A stretch of 39,499 bases of DNA, taken from positions 1 to 39,499 of the IMG/VR virus record IMGVR_UViG_3300030376_003158, one strand, 5' to 3'. Both the position numbers and the translations under genes were made by a program. The DNA is from a virus (Duplodnaviria > Caudoviricetes). Below the pieces are notes generated by a model. The model made no database searches. It had not been told where the DNA came from and worked only from the letters and a program-made list of their open reading frames with translations. Below, one piece after another: positions 24,184-32,993 of the stretch (position 1 is the stretch's first letter; every line of letters starts with the position of its first letter).

Positions 24184-25925
24184 AGTTACTATCTCCTGAG
24201 CTGCTTGCTCACGCTAGCCCGCAGGAGTTAGAGCTTTACCAACATCAACTACAGTATGAGTTAGCTAAGCGTAGCCCGCTTGATCTTATGTGCTGGTTGT
24301 CTCCTGAGACAGTTAGAGCACCACATTTGGAGTATTTGAATGAGATCATTGTTGCGTTTACCGAGTACCGACTCTACAAGTCTGGAGTTGGACCAGCACC
24401 TCTATGGGTATATACGACAGATGGAGAAGACCGTCATATTGTTGACAGCCATGATGATGTGCCTTTTGATAAGGCGCTTGACTTTTGGGGTGAGAACCCT
24501 GATACGGAAGAAAGGGCGCTTCTACGGTTAGCTATCGCTATGCCGCCTAGACACGGTAAGTCGTATCTGGTGTCTGAGCATCTGCCGTTGTGGTACTGGA
24601 TGCAGCACCCCAACAACCACATAGCCTTCGTTACCTACTCTGACGACTTTGCTACAAAGACGTGGGGCAAGAAGATGCGTGACAAGTTGTTGGAGAACGA
24701 GGAGAAGCTAGGCTTGACGCTGGCAAAGGGCGAACGTCACGGCGCTGACCACTTGTACTTTAACGAAACCAAAGGTGAGATGTTCTTGGTCGGTACAGGA
24801 GGAGCGTTAACTGGTAAAGGTTTTCAATTAGGGATTATTGACGACCCTATTAAAGATGCCGTAGATGCTTTGTCACAAGCTAACAGGAATGCAGCGGGTA
24901 ACTTCTACTCGTCTGTGTTTATTAAACGAAAGACTCGTCTGCCTGAACGTGGTCTGCCATTAGAGATTATGATGTTTACAAGATGGCATGAGGACGATCT
25001 GGCAGGTAGGTTTGTGTATGACGAAGATGGCACAGCCAGAGACGACTGGTATGCTGTACGGCTACCGGCTATAGCTGAGGCTGATGACCCTATTGGACGT
25101 GAAGAAGGGCAAGCATTGTGGCCTATGGTTCGCACCAAGGCGCAGCTATTAGCTGAGCAAAAAGAAGACCCGATGTGGTTTGCTGCTCAGTTCCAAGGAA
25201 CGCCTACGTTCGGAGAAAGCGGTATGTTCCCTAAGTTTCATTTTTACAAAAAAAGTAAAAGCGAAGACGTAGAACTATACACATGTGACGCAATAAGTGA
25301 CTACGAAGTGTCAAAAATTATACGAGCAGACGAATGTATTAGGTACGCTACGTTAGATATGGCAGCTACAAACAACAGTTGGTCCGACTACAGCGTATAC
25401 AGTGTGTGGGATTTTCACAGAGCACAGCAAGTTTTGATACTGGTAGACTTCGTACGAGAACGTGTAACAGTAGATAAACACGAAGAGTGGTTACGTGCCT
25501 GCTATAGCAGGTGGCCTAGCACAGCGTTTGTCGGTATAGAAGACAAGACGTTCGGTAAAGGTTTACTACAGCAGATGGTGCGTAAAGGTGGTATGACTGT
25601 ACGCCCCCTTAAAGCTGACAAGGATAAAGTAGCTCGTGCTATGCCGTACGGTCAAGCTGCAGCTAATGGTCAGATATTTTTCCCACAAGCCCACCCTAGG
25701 ATGCACGAATGGACTAGCGAGCACGCCCCGTTTCCTAACGGAACCCATGACGACATGGTAGATACAGGAGGGTATGCGTGGGCTATAGCTAGTACAATGC
25801 CACATCTAACTGTAAAACAAAACACGGCTCCTGCTACTACTGAAGAAAAATTAGAGCGTTATATTGAAAAAAGAGAGAAAAGTAGAAAACGGCGCAGTAC
25901 ACTGTATGGTACACTAGGGCGATAA
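24180..25925 (+). CDS. terL: Terminase large subunit
   Basis: Walker A MPPRHGKS, Walker B GIIDDPIKD, TRWHEDDLAG, nuclease LDMA...HDDMVD. Confidence 0.95.
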   Translation: MKLLSPELLAHASPQELELYQHQLQYELAKRSPLDLMCWLSPETVRAPHLEYLNEIIVAFTEYRLYKSGVGPAPLWVYTTDGEDRHIVDSHDDVPFDKALDFWGENPDTEERALLRLAIAMPPRHGKSYLVSEHLPLWYWMQHPNNHIAFVTYSDDFATKTWGKKMRDKLLENEEKLGLTLAKGERHGADHLYFNETKGEMFLVGTGGALTGKGFQLGIIDDPIKDAVDALSQANRNAAGNFYSSVFIKRKTRLPERGLPLEIMMFTRWHEDDLAGRFVYDEDGTARDDWYAVRLPAIAEADDPIGREEGQALWPMVRTKAQLLAEQKEDPMWFAAQFQGTPTFGESGMFPKFHFYKKSKSEDVELYTCDAISDYEVSKIIRADECIRYATLDMAATNNSWSDYSVYSVWDFHRAQQVLILVDFVRERVTVDKHEEWLRACYSRWPSTAFVGIEDKTFGKGLLQQMVRKGGMTVRPLKADKDKVARAMPYGQAAANGQIFFPQAHPRMHEWTSEHAPFPNGTHDDMVDTGGYAWAIASTMPHLTVKQNTAPATTEEKLERYIEKREKSRKRRSTLYGTLGR

Positions 25926-25943
25926 GCGAAAGGACAGATTCCT

Positions 25944-26309
25944 ATGCCATACACTATTCACCATGATTTTGACCAGAACACTGCGTACGGGGCACGATGC
26001 ACATGTTGTGGGAACATAAAGATGCCCAACCACGAAGGAGTGTTCCGTCCGAATACGATGGACGACTTTGACGGCTTCCACGACATTTGCCAAGCCTGTG
26101 TAGAGGAAGCTGCTAACAATCTAGGGTTTGCTGCTCCGTCTGTTAACAAAAGACTTAACACTACGATAAAGAATTTACGAGAAGATTTAGCAGAAGCACG
26201 AGAGTTATTTACAGAATCACAAGAAACTATACGTAATTTATGTAGAGAGAACAACAACCTACAGGAAGAGCTGGCTGATTTAACGTCTTCGTTTGAGCCT
26301 GTAGAATGA
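25944..26309 (+). CDS. Zinc-finger plus coiled-coil protein
   Basis: CTCC...CQAC then heptad repeats; SD AAGGA. Confidence 0.7.
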   Translation: MPYTIHHDFDQNTAYGARCTCCGNIKMPNHEGVFRPNTMDDFDGFHDICQACVEEAANNLGFAAPSVNKRLNTTIKNLREDLAEARELFTESQETIRNLCRENNNLQEELADLTSSFEPVE

Positions 26310-26515
26310 TTATTGTTCTTTGCGTTTTAGCATTTTTACCGTTCTGTTCTGCTGCAGCTATGGCGTATGTTAATGTATACTTGTATAAAGAAAACGTTAA
26401 ACTTAACGAAGCGTTGATGCGGGTGCAGAACCCTATAGCTGTTAACGCCATAAAAGCGTCTGAGTCAGTAGAGTTACCTGACAAGCCGCAGCCTCCCCAA
26501 CCAATATATAGATAG
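26306..26515 (+). CDS. Small membrane-anchored protein
   Basis: N-terminal hydrophobic helix; ATGA overlap. Confidence 0.6.
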   Translation: MIIVLCVLAFLPFCSAAAMAYVNVYLYKENVKLNEALMRVQNPIAVNAIKASESVELPDKPQPPQPIYR

Positions 26516-26532
26516 TATGGTACAATTTTAGT

Positions 26533-28473
26533 ATGGCTGATTACGACAATAAGACCGGCTACGTACGTGAGATGTACAGTGACGGCGTTAAACAAATACG
26601 GGAAGAACTCCGATCATACTGGTTAAACCACGCATTTTTGCTAGGGTATCAGTGGGTGTTCTGGAACACAGACAGCCGAAGACTAGATATTATTAATCAA
26701 GACTTTGATCGTATACAGCCTACAATGAACCGTATGCGAGCTAACACTCGTACAATTATTTCTACGCTGACGCAACGTCAACTTACGTTTGAAAACCCGC
26801 CTACATCTTATGACGATGCCACAATCCAAAGCGCTCGTCTAGGTGAGGCAATTATTAAAGACATACATGATGAGCACAGTTGGGAAGTTAAACGAGAGCA
26901 GCACATGATGGCTACTATAAAAGGCGGAACAGCGGCTATAAGTGTTGATTGGGACGCAGAGAACAAGACCACCATAGAGCAGGTTCTGCCTATTGGTGAT
27001 TTTTTAGTTGAGCCTGCAGCGCTAGACCCTGAGACAGCTAGGTGGTGGATACGTAAACAAGCGCTACCGCCTAAGCAAGTGCAAGCTATGTTTGATTTAC
27101 CAGAAGAGCCACCGGCAGACGGAACTGCGGCTATAGACCCCTACATGCAACGGCTAGTAGCCGACCACGTAGGGAGCGGGACAACAAACGTGCCACGCAC
27201 ATTTGTTCTTACATATTACGAACGACCCAACCCTCTACGCCCAGAAGGTCATTTCTGTGTAGAGATAGACAACAAAGTTATTCAGCATGGAGATTGGCCT
27301 TTTCCTTGGAAAGACAGACTTAACATAGTCTGTGCTACCGAAACAGCTGTAGAGAATCGTTGGCACGGAGCTACAATTCTAGACGATGTTCGTCCGGTAC
27401 AGGTAGCGTTGAATGCTACGTGGGCTAATTTACTAGAGCATCTACGAGATGCTGGTACTGCCAGAATGCTGATACCACAATCAGCGTCAGACTTAGTGAA
27501 CCACTTATCTGACAGTGCAGGAGAGATGATAGTGTACCCAGACGGAACACCACCGCCTATGTACATGACACCGGCACAGTTAACTAACTGGCTTAGAGAA
27601 ATGCCAGATAAGCTATCTGAAATGATAGATGACTTGATGGGTGTTCACGATGTGTCTCGTGGTATGGCTCCGCCAAATATTGAATCTGGTTTAGGGTTAT
27701 CTATTCTAGCTGAAAAAGATAGCTCACCTATAGGGCGTATGATTAAAGAAACAGCACGTTGCTGGACACGTGTAGCACAGATGGTGTTGCAACTACATGA
27801 ATCTGAAACCAAGAAACCAAGAGAAACAACGTTATTAGATGGAAGCACCCCACTTAGATTTGTGTGGAAAGGTTCTGACATAGGCGGTCAGTTTGGAATA
27901 CATGTGCCGCTAGAAGCTGTGATACCTAGAAGTAGGGCAGCTATGCAGGCTTTTGCAGACAAAGCTATGCAAATGGGTTTAATATCCAATGTGGTGCAAT
28001 ACGCTAGAGTCGCTGACTTACCCGATCAAAAAGATATAATAGCTGCTGCTGCTCCCGATGCTGCGAAGGCTCGCAGGGAGAATGGTGCTTTTGTGATGAA
28101 AGAAGTCATGCTCCCTGCAGCCTTTGACGATCACACAATTCATATTGAGATGCACAATGAGTTTAGGAAGACACAACGCTACGAGCAACTAGACGAAGAA
28201 ATACGTGAAGTAGTAGATTTACACATTCAAGCTCACGAGACAATGGCAGCAGAACAATCAGGTAGAGCGACAATGCAAGCAAGCGTTAACCCTGCACTAG
28301 CAGCCTCACCTAACGCAGACGGATCAACACCGCCTGTATCTATGGAAAGTATACCTCCTCCATCTATGCCTCCTAATGTAGATATGGCTGCAGCAGAGGA
28401 GGGTATGGACCCAGCAGGTGCTATAATAAACGCATTAAGCGAAGGAAGCCCACCACCTGTACAAGGAGGCTAG
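26533..28473 (+). CDS. Portal protein (P22-like, long C-terminus)
   Basis: Position after TerL, size, GVHDVSRG...ESGLGLSILAE motif. Confidence 0.85.
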   Translation: MADYDNKTGYVREMYSDGVKQIREELRSYWLNHAFLLGYQWVFWNTDSRRLDIINQDFDRIQPTMNRMRANTRTIISTLTQRQLTFENPPTSYDDATIQSARLGEAIIKDIHDEHSWEVKREQHMMATIKGGTAAISVDWDAENKTTIEQVLPIGDFLVEPAALDPETARWWIRKQALPPKQVQAMFDLPEEPPADGTAAIDPYMQRLVADHVGSGTTNVPRTFVLTYYERPNPLRPEGHFCVEIDNKVIQHGDWPFPWKDRLNIVCATETAVENRWHGATILDDVRPVQVALNATWANLLEHLRDAGTARMLIPQSASDLVNHLSDSAGEMIVYPDGTPPPMYMTPAQLTNWLREMPDKLSEMIDDLMGVHDVSRGMAPPNIESGLGLSILAEKDSSPIGRMIKETARCWTRVAQMVLQLHESETKKPRETTLLDGSTPLRFVWKGSDIGGQFGIHVPLEAVIPRSRAAMQAFADKAMQMGLISNVVQYARVADLPDQKDIIAAAAPDAAKARRENGAFVMKEVMLPAAFDDHTIHIEMHNEFRKTQRYEQLDEEIREVVDLHIQAHETMAAEQSGRATMQASVNPALAASPNADGSTPPVSMESIPPPSMPPNVDMAAAEEGMDPAGAIINALSEGSPPPVQGG

Positions 28474-29235
28474 ATGCCTGAAGAAACAGAAATACAAGAA
28501 CAAGTTGTTGAAGAGCAGCCTGTAGTAGAAGAAGCCCCAGAGGAATCATCAGAAGTAAGTATTGATGATTTACCTGAGAACATTAAGGGCTACATTCACG
28601 AGTTACGTGAGGAAGCTAAAGATAGACGCAAAGCTCACGAACCCTACAAAGAGGCGTTCAAAGACTACAACGATACTGAGAAAGAGTATCTACTAGATTT
28701 GGTTACAACTCTTAGCACAGATCAGCAAACTGGCGCAAATACAATGAAACAATTAGCCCAGCATTTATTAGGAGAAGAAGTAACTATGGAAGAAGAATCT
28801 GAAGCACCACTACCAGAACAAGAAAATGACATTCCAGAGTCAAATTTATACTCTGGTGATGACATATCTGTATTAGTACAAGAAGAGCTGGAAAAAGAAC
28901 GTATGGTGCAAGATGTGTACCAGCAGTCACGTGCGTTAGGTTTTGAACCTGAAAGCCCAGAATGCGAAGTGCTGTGGGATTTAGCTTTAACTCCTGCTAT
29001 AAACGGAGATTTAGTAAAAGCTGCTGAATTAGCTAGAGCATATCTAGGAGATAAAGCTCCTGCTGACCCAAACGCAGAGCCTGAGTTTGAGCAACAAACT
29101 TTGTTTCCAGCTTCTGCTACTGCAACAGGGACAGGAACTGTAGCAGATATTAACCCTCAAGAAGTTCCAAGTATTAAGTCTGACTCTATGCGTGAGAAAG
29201 TTCTTGCAAGATTAAAAGCACAAGTTGGCGAATAA
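28474..29235 (+). CDS. Capsid scaffolding protein
   Basis: Very acidic, YIHELREEAKDRR helix, basic C-terminal helix; between portal and capsid. Confidence 0.75.
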   Translation: MPEETEIQEQVVEEQPVVEEAPEESSEVSIDDLPENIKGYIHELREEAKDRRKAHEPYKEAFKDYNDTEKEYLLDLVTTLSTDQQTGANTMKQLAQHLLGEEVTMEEESEAPLPEQENDIPESNLYSGDDISVLVQEELEKERMVQDVYQQSRALGFEPESPECEVLWDLALTPAINGDLVKAAELARAYLGDKAPADPNAEPEFEQQTLFPASATATGTGTVADINPQEVPSIKSDSMREKVLARLKAQVGE

Positions 29236-29238
29236 TTC

Positions 29239-29267
29239 TGACATAATTGTGTCAAATGTGTTATTCT
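29239..29267 (+). promoter_or_regulatory. Capsid promoter with TGACA-N6-TGTCA palindrome
   Basis: TGACATAATTGTGTCA then TGTGT-TATTCT. Confidence 0.6.
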
Positions 29268-29364
29268 AGAAGTGTAGAAAGATTCTACTTATAAGTTCGC
29301 CTCCTGCAGATGCTGAAGTCGCACAACAGTCATATTCAAGTCACTTAACTATAAAGGAGAAACA

Positions 29365-30582
29365 GTGGCATTAAACCTAACAGCTGCTGATTCAGCGCTC
29401 AAAGAGGATTACCAACCGGCAATCCGTGAGCAGCTTAATCAGGAGATTATGATGCTCAACCAAATTGAGCAAAATACTCGTGACGTTGAAGGACGTAGGG
29501 CTGTACTCTCAATCCACACTGGCCGTAACAGCGGCGTAGGTGCTAGGGCTGAGGGCGGCACTCTCCCAACAGCGGGTAGTCAGCAATACAAAGAAGAGCG
29601 AGTAACTCTTAAATACAACTATGGTCGTATTAAAGTTACTGGCCCTGTAATCAGAGCAATGAAGTCAGACAGTGGTTCATTTGTTCGGGCGATTGAGTCC
29701 GAAGTAAGTGGCGTTGTCATGGACCTCAAGCGTGATGTTAACCGTCAGATCTTCAATGATTCTAACGGTGCAATAGCGCAATGTGCTTCTGAATCAGCTA
29801 AAGTATATACACTTACTACACCTACAGCTACGCAACTGCGTCAGCTAGAAGTAGGCTCTCTTGTAGACGTTGGTACTGTTACCAACCCTACTTTACGAGT
29901 TACTGCAGGTACAGTATCATCTGTTGATACAGCACTGGGTACAGTCACACTAGACAAAGACCCCGCTACTGGTTCAGTAGATGCTTCAGATTTTATTTTC
30001 CGAAGTGGCGCCAAGAACACAACTTCTGGCGGAACTCACGAACTTATTGGTCTGCAAGCTATTGTTAACAACAGCGGTACTTTGTATAACATTGACCCAA
30101 CAGTAGTAACCCTATGGAAGTCAACAGTTAACGGTAACAGCGGTACAGACCGTGCAGCTACCGACAACTTGTTTGAAACCGTCATAGACGACATTGGCCT
30201 AGAGTCTGGTACATCACCAAACTTTATCGTCACAACCGTAGGTGTACGTAGAAACTATGCTTCACAGCTCAAAGCTCAAAAGCGATTTACTGATACAACA
30301 ACGCTAAAGGGCGGATTCTCCGCACTTACCGTTGACGCAGGGAACGTCAGTCTTCCTCTGGCAACAGACAGAGACTGCCCTAACAACAAAGCGTTTTTGC
30401 TTAACACTGACCACATCATGCAACATGCTTCTTCCGATTGGGAGTTCATGGACGAAGATGGTTCAGTACTAAGCAGAGTATCTGGTGAAGATGCTTACGA
30501 AGCAGTATTATTCAAATACCATGAACTAACCACTGATCGTAGAAACGTCCACGGACGAATTGACGATCTGTCGGAAAGCTAA
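29365..30582 (+). CDS. Major capsid protein
   Basis: 405 aa after scaffold, SD AAAGGAG, LKEDY...ARAEGGTLP...DLKRDVNRQIF capsid-like pattern. Confidence 0.88.
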   Translation: MALNLTAADSALKEDYQPAIREQLNQEIMMLNQIEQNTRDVEGRRAVLSIHTGRNSGVGARAEGGTLPTAGSQQYKEERVTLKYNYGRIKVTGPVIRAMKSDSGSFVRAIESEVSGVVMDLKRDVNRQIFNDSNGAIAQCASESAKVYTLTTPTATQLRQLEVGSLVDVGTVTNPTLRVTAGTVSSVDTALGTVTLDKDPATGSVDASDFIFRSGAKNTTSGGTHELIGLQAIVNNSGTLYNIDPTVVTLWKSTVNGNSGTDRAATDNLFETVIDDIGLESGTSPNFIVTTVGVRRNYASQLKAQKRFTDTTTLKGGFSALTVDAGNVSLPLATDRDCPNNKAFLLNTDHIMQHASSDWEFMDEDGSVLSRVSGEDAYEAVLFKYHELTTDRRNVHGRIDDLSES

Positions 30583-30597
30583 ACTAAGGAGTAAATA

Positions 30598-30906
30598 ATG
30601 GCAATAGCAATTAGTAACGAAGATCGCACAGTAATGGGCGACAGAGTTGTGATATTTGCTACGGTTACCTTTGATAGCACTTACCCGACAGGTGGTGAAG
30701 CCATTGCTAACACGGATTTTAGTGGTCTAAACCAAATAGACTTTATCCAATGTAGCGCCCCTAGTATTGACGATGAGGCTATTAATAGCGTTGTGTACGT
30801 CAGGTCTACGGGTAAACTTATGGTCATAGATGCTGCTGGTGCCCAAGAGGGTAACGGTACAGATCTACAAAATACAACTATGGACATAATAGTTTTTGGT
30901 AAATAG
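30598..30906 (+). CDS. Putative capsid decoration/cement protein
   Basis: TFDSTYPTGGE motif, directly after MCP with SD AAGGAG. Confidence 0.6.
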   Translation: MAIAISNEDRTVMGDRVVIFATVTFDSTYPTGGEAIANTDFSGLNQIDFIQCSAPSIDDEAINSVVYVRSTGKLMVIDAAGAQEGNGTDLQNTTMDIIVFGK

Positions 30907-30930
30907 TTCTCTCCAAGGGGAACGGTAGAG

Positions 30931-30963
30931 AAAAAAGGGCCGCCCATTACGGGCGGCTCTTTT
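30931..30963 (+). terminator. Intrinsic terminator, probably bidirectional
   Basis: A6-GGGCCGCCC-ATTAC-GGGCGGCTC-TTTT. Confidence 0.85.
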
Positions 30964-30997
30964 ATTTGTTATAATAGAATAGACGATTGGAGTTATC

Positions 30998-31111
30998 ATG
31001 CCCAAAGTAGGGACCAAAGAGTTTAGCTATACCACCAAAGGTATTAAAGCTGCAAGAGCTTATGCTAAAAAGACTGGCAAGAAAATGAAGAAGACAAAGA
31101 AGAAATACTAA
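30998..31111 (+). CDS. 37-aa Lys-rich microprotein; not in ORF track
   Basis: MPKVGTKEFSYTTKGIKAARAYAKKTGKKMKKTKKKY; GGAG SD; TGT-TATAAT promoter upstream. Confidence 0.7.
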   Translation: MPKVGTKEFSYTTKGIKAARAYAKKTGKKMKKTKKKY

Positions 31112-31539
31112 TGGCTACACCAGACCACTATTTAAGAAGAAAAAAGAAAAGAGAAGCGGGACGAAACACAGCTGGGAAAATTGCAGATATGGCTGTAAGA
31201 AAGGTGACAGATACTTATAGAGGCTATGCTTCTAGTCTTGTGGATAATCCAGCGCCAAAACCACCAGATAAACCTAGTGGGGGGAAGATGGCTTTAGGTG
31301 GTGGCATTAAAAAACCTGTTGCTAAAAAGCCTAATGAGCACATGAGACTTAAACCTAGAAAGCCGCCGACAAACGCTCGTCAAGGTCAAGGTCCAAAGCC
31401 TGTAACTGGACAAGCAATATATCCTTCTAACACTACAGCACAAAACGCTAAAGACATACGTGCTCTTGAAGCTCATGTAACCACACATGCACTAGAAGCT
31501 GCAAAGAAAAAGAAAAAGAAAAAGAAAAAGAGTGGCTAA
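31111..31539 (+). CDS. Basic low-complexity protein with poly-Lys tail
   Basis: K9 at the C-terminus, Pro/Lys-rich; TAATG coupling. Confidence 0.65.
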   Translation: MATPDHYLRRKKKREAGRNTAGKIADMAVRKVTDTYRGYASSLVDNPAPKPPDKPSGGKMALGGGIKKPVAKKPNEHMRLKPRKPPTNARQGQGPKPVTGQAIYPSNTTAQNAKDIRALEAHVTTHALEAAKKKKKKKKKSG

Positions 31540-31816
31540 AGATTCTAGAATGAAAGCACTAGGTGTGTCAGGTTTTAATAAACCTAAGCGCACACCTAAT
31601 CACCCTACAAAGTCGCACGTAGTGTTAGCTAAAGGTGCAGGTTGCCCTGATGGTAAGACTATTAGGTTCGGGCAACAGGGTGTGTCAGGTGCTGGTAAGA
31701 ATCCTTCGTCTAAAAAAGACAAAGCTAGACGTAAGTCCTTCAAGGCTCGTCACGCAAAGAACATTAAGAAAGGCGTTTGCTCAGCAGCATACTGGGCTAA
31801 CAAGGTAAAATGGTGA
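31532..31816 (+). CDS. Conserved basic phage protein of unknown function
   Basis: KSHVVLAK...KTIRFGQQG...RRKSFKARH...SAAYWANKVKW, a motif recalled from aquatic phages. Confidence 0.8.
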   Translation: MAKDSRMKALGVSGFNKPKRTPNHPTKSHVVLAKGAGCPDGKTIRFGQQGVSGAGKNPSSKKDKARRKSFKARHAKNIKKGVCSAAYWANKVKW

Positions 31817-32223
31817 AAACAGGAATACTTGACACGATACGTCATTCTGCTGTAGGCGGAGACATGCAACACATGTTGACTTACGGAATACCTGAGATAG
31901 GCTGGAACGGTGACCCTTGGATAACACTATGTTGGAATAAGCTGGAAAGCCGTTGGGAAATATGGAGCACACGTGACGAACCATACTGTGTGCATCGTTC
32001 CCGACCAATACACGAAGGCGAGCTACCAAACATATTTGAATTATGTACACACTTAAGAGATCACGACTTGCATAAGGTTAAAGTAGAAGACGTACTTAAC
32101 CGAGTAGATAAACACAACGACAAGCTAATTAAAGAGCAGCAAACTAAAGTTAAAGAAGCACAGATAGAAGCACTAGAGAAAGTGTATTGGCATGTCGCTA
32201 AAGAAGTTGGGCATCACTACTAA
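31810..32223 (+). CDS. Hypothetical protein
   Basis: Overlapping member of the operon. Confidence 0.7.
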   Translation: MVKTGILDTIRHSAVGGDMQHMLTYGIPEIGWNGDPWITLCWNKLESRWEIWSTRDEPYCVHRSRPIHEGELPNIFELCTHLRDHDLHKVKVEDVLNRVDKHNDKLIKEQQTKVKEAQIEALEKVYWHVAKEVGHHY

Positions 32224-32245
32224 ACGGCTGTGCTATAATTGAACT

Positions 32246-32395
32246 ATGTTAACTGAATCACAAAAGGCCCAAGAACTAGCTAAGATGCGTAGTAAGAAAA
32301 TGCGGTTCCCTTCCGTAGCTATGAATCAGAATCCTAAGAAAAAGAAAAAGAAGAAACAAGAGGACGCAGATGCAGCTCCAGACTATCAGGGCTAA
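32246..32395 (+). CDS. 49-aa Lys-rich microprotein, probably leaderless; not in ORF track
   Basis: MLTESQKAQELAKMRSKKMRFPSVAMNQNPKKKKKKKQED...; TGC-TATAAT 6 nt upstream. Confidence 0.55.
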   Translation: MLTESQKAQELAKMRSKKMRFPSVAMNQNPKKKKKKKQEDADAAPDYQG

Positions 32396-32993
32396 CGTGT
32401 ATGACCGTCTAGGTATGGTCAACACAGACAATGCTCTGACAAGCTCAGTACTAGATAACCTTATAAACGGTGCACTGCGTCAAATAAGTATGCAGTTTGA
32501 TTGGCCGTGGTTAACATCTACGGACGCTACATTCACAGCAACTGTCGCAGGCACACAGGACTACACCCCACATGCTACGTGGAAGTCTACACAGTACATA
32601 ATTACTGACACAGATAATCTACTTAAAGCAAAGCAACCAGCAGATGCTGCACGGTATTCTAACTTTGAGGGCTACCCTCAGTTCTATTCTATTGAGGGCA
32701 GCAAGATACGATTGTTCCCTGTACCTGATGCGGTGTACACGGTACGCCACGTGTTCACTAGATTTGAGCCACCGCTTACTGGGGACACAGACGAACCGCT
32801 AATGCCAGACTGGGCGATAGATTTGTTAGTTATAACTACAGCACACATGGCTGCAGGTAGATTACGTGACAGGGATTTACAAGCAGCTTTACGGCCAGAA
32901 CTTGACAGATTAATGTCAAGTATTAAAGACGAAGTACGGAGGACTCGTGCAACGGTAGACCCACAGCACCGCCGTGATATAGGGTGGGGTTAA
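32370..32993 (+). CDS. Head-tail adaptor (T7 gp11/P22 gp4-like)
   Basis: LDNLINGAL..I...WPWL, TVAGTQDY, IRLFPVPDAVY, DEPLMP motifs. Confidence 0.75.
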   Translation: MQLQTIRANVYDRLGMVNTDNALTSSVLDNLINGALRQISMQFDWPWLTSTDATFTATVAGTQDYTPHATWKSTQYIITDTDNLLKAKQPADAARYSNFEGYPQFYSIEGSKIRLFPVPDAVYTVRHVFTRFEPPLTGDTDEPLMPDWAIDLLVITTAHMAAGRLRDRDLQAALRPELDRLMSSIKDEVRRTRATVDPQHRRDIGWG

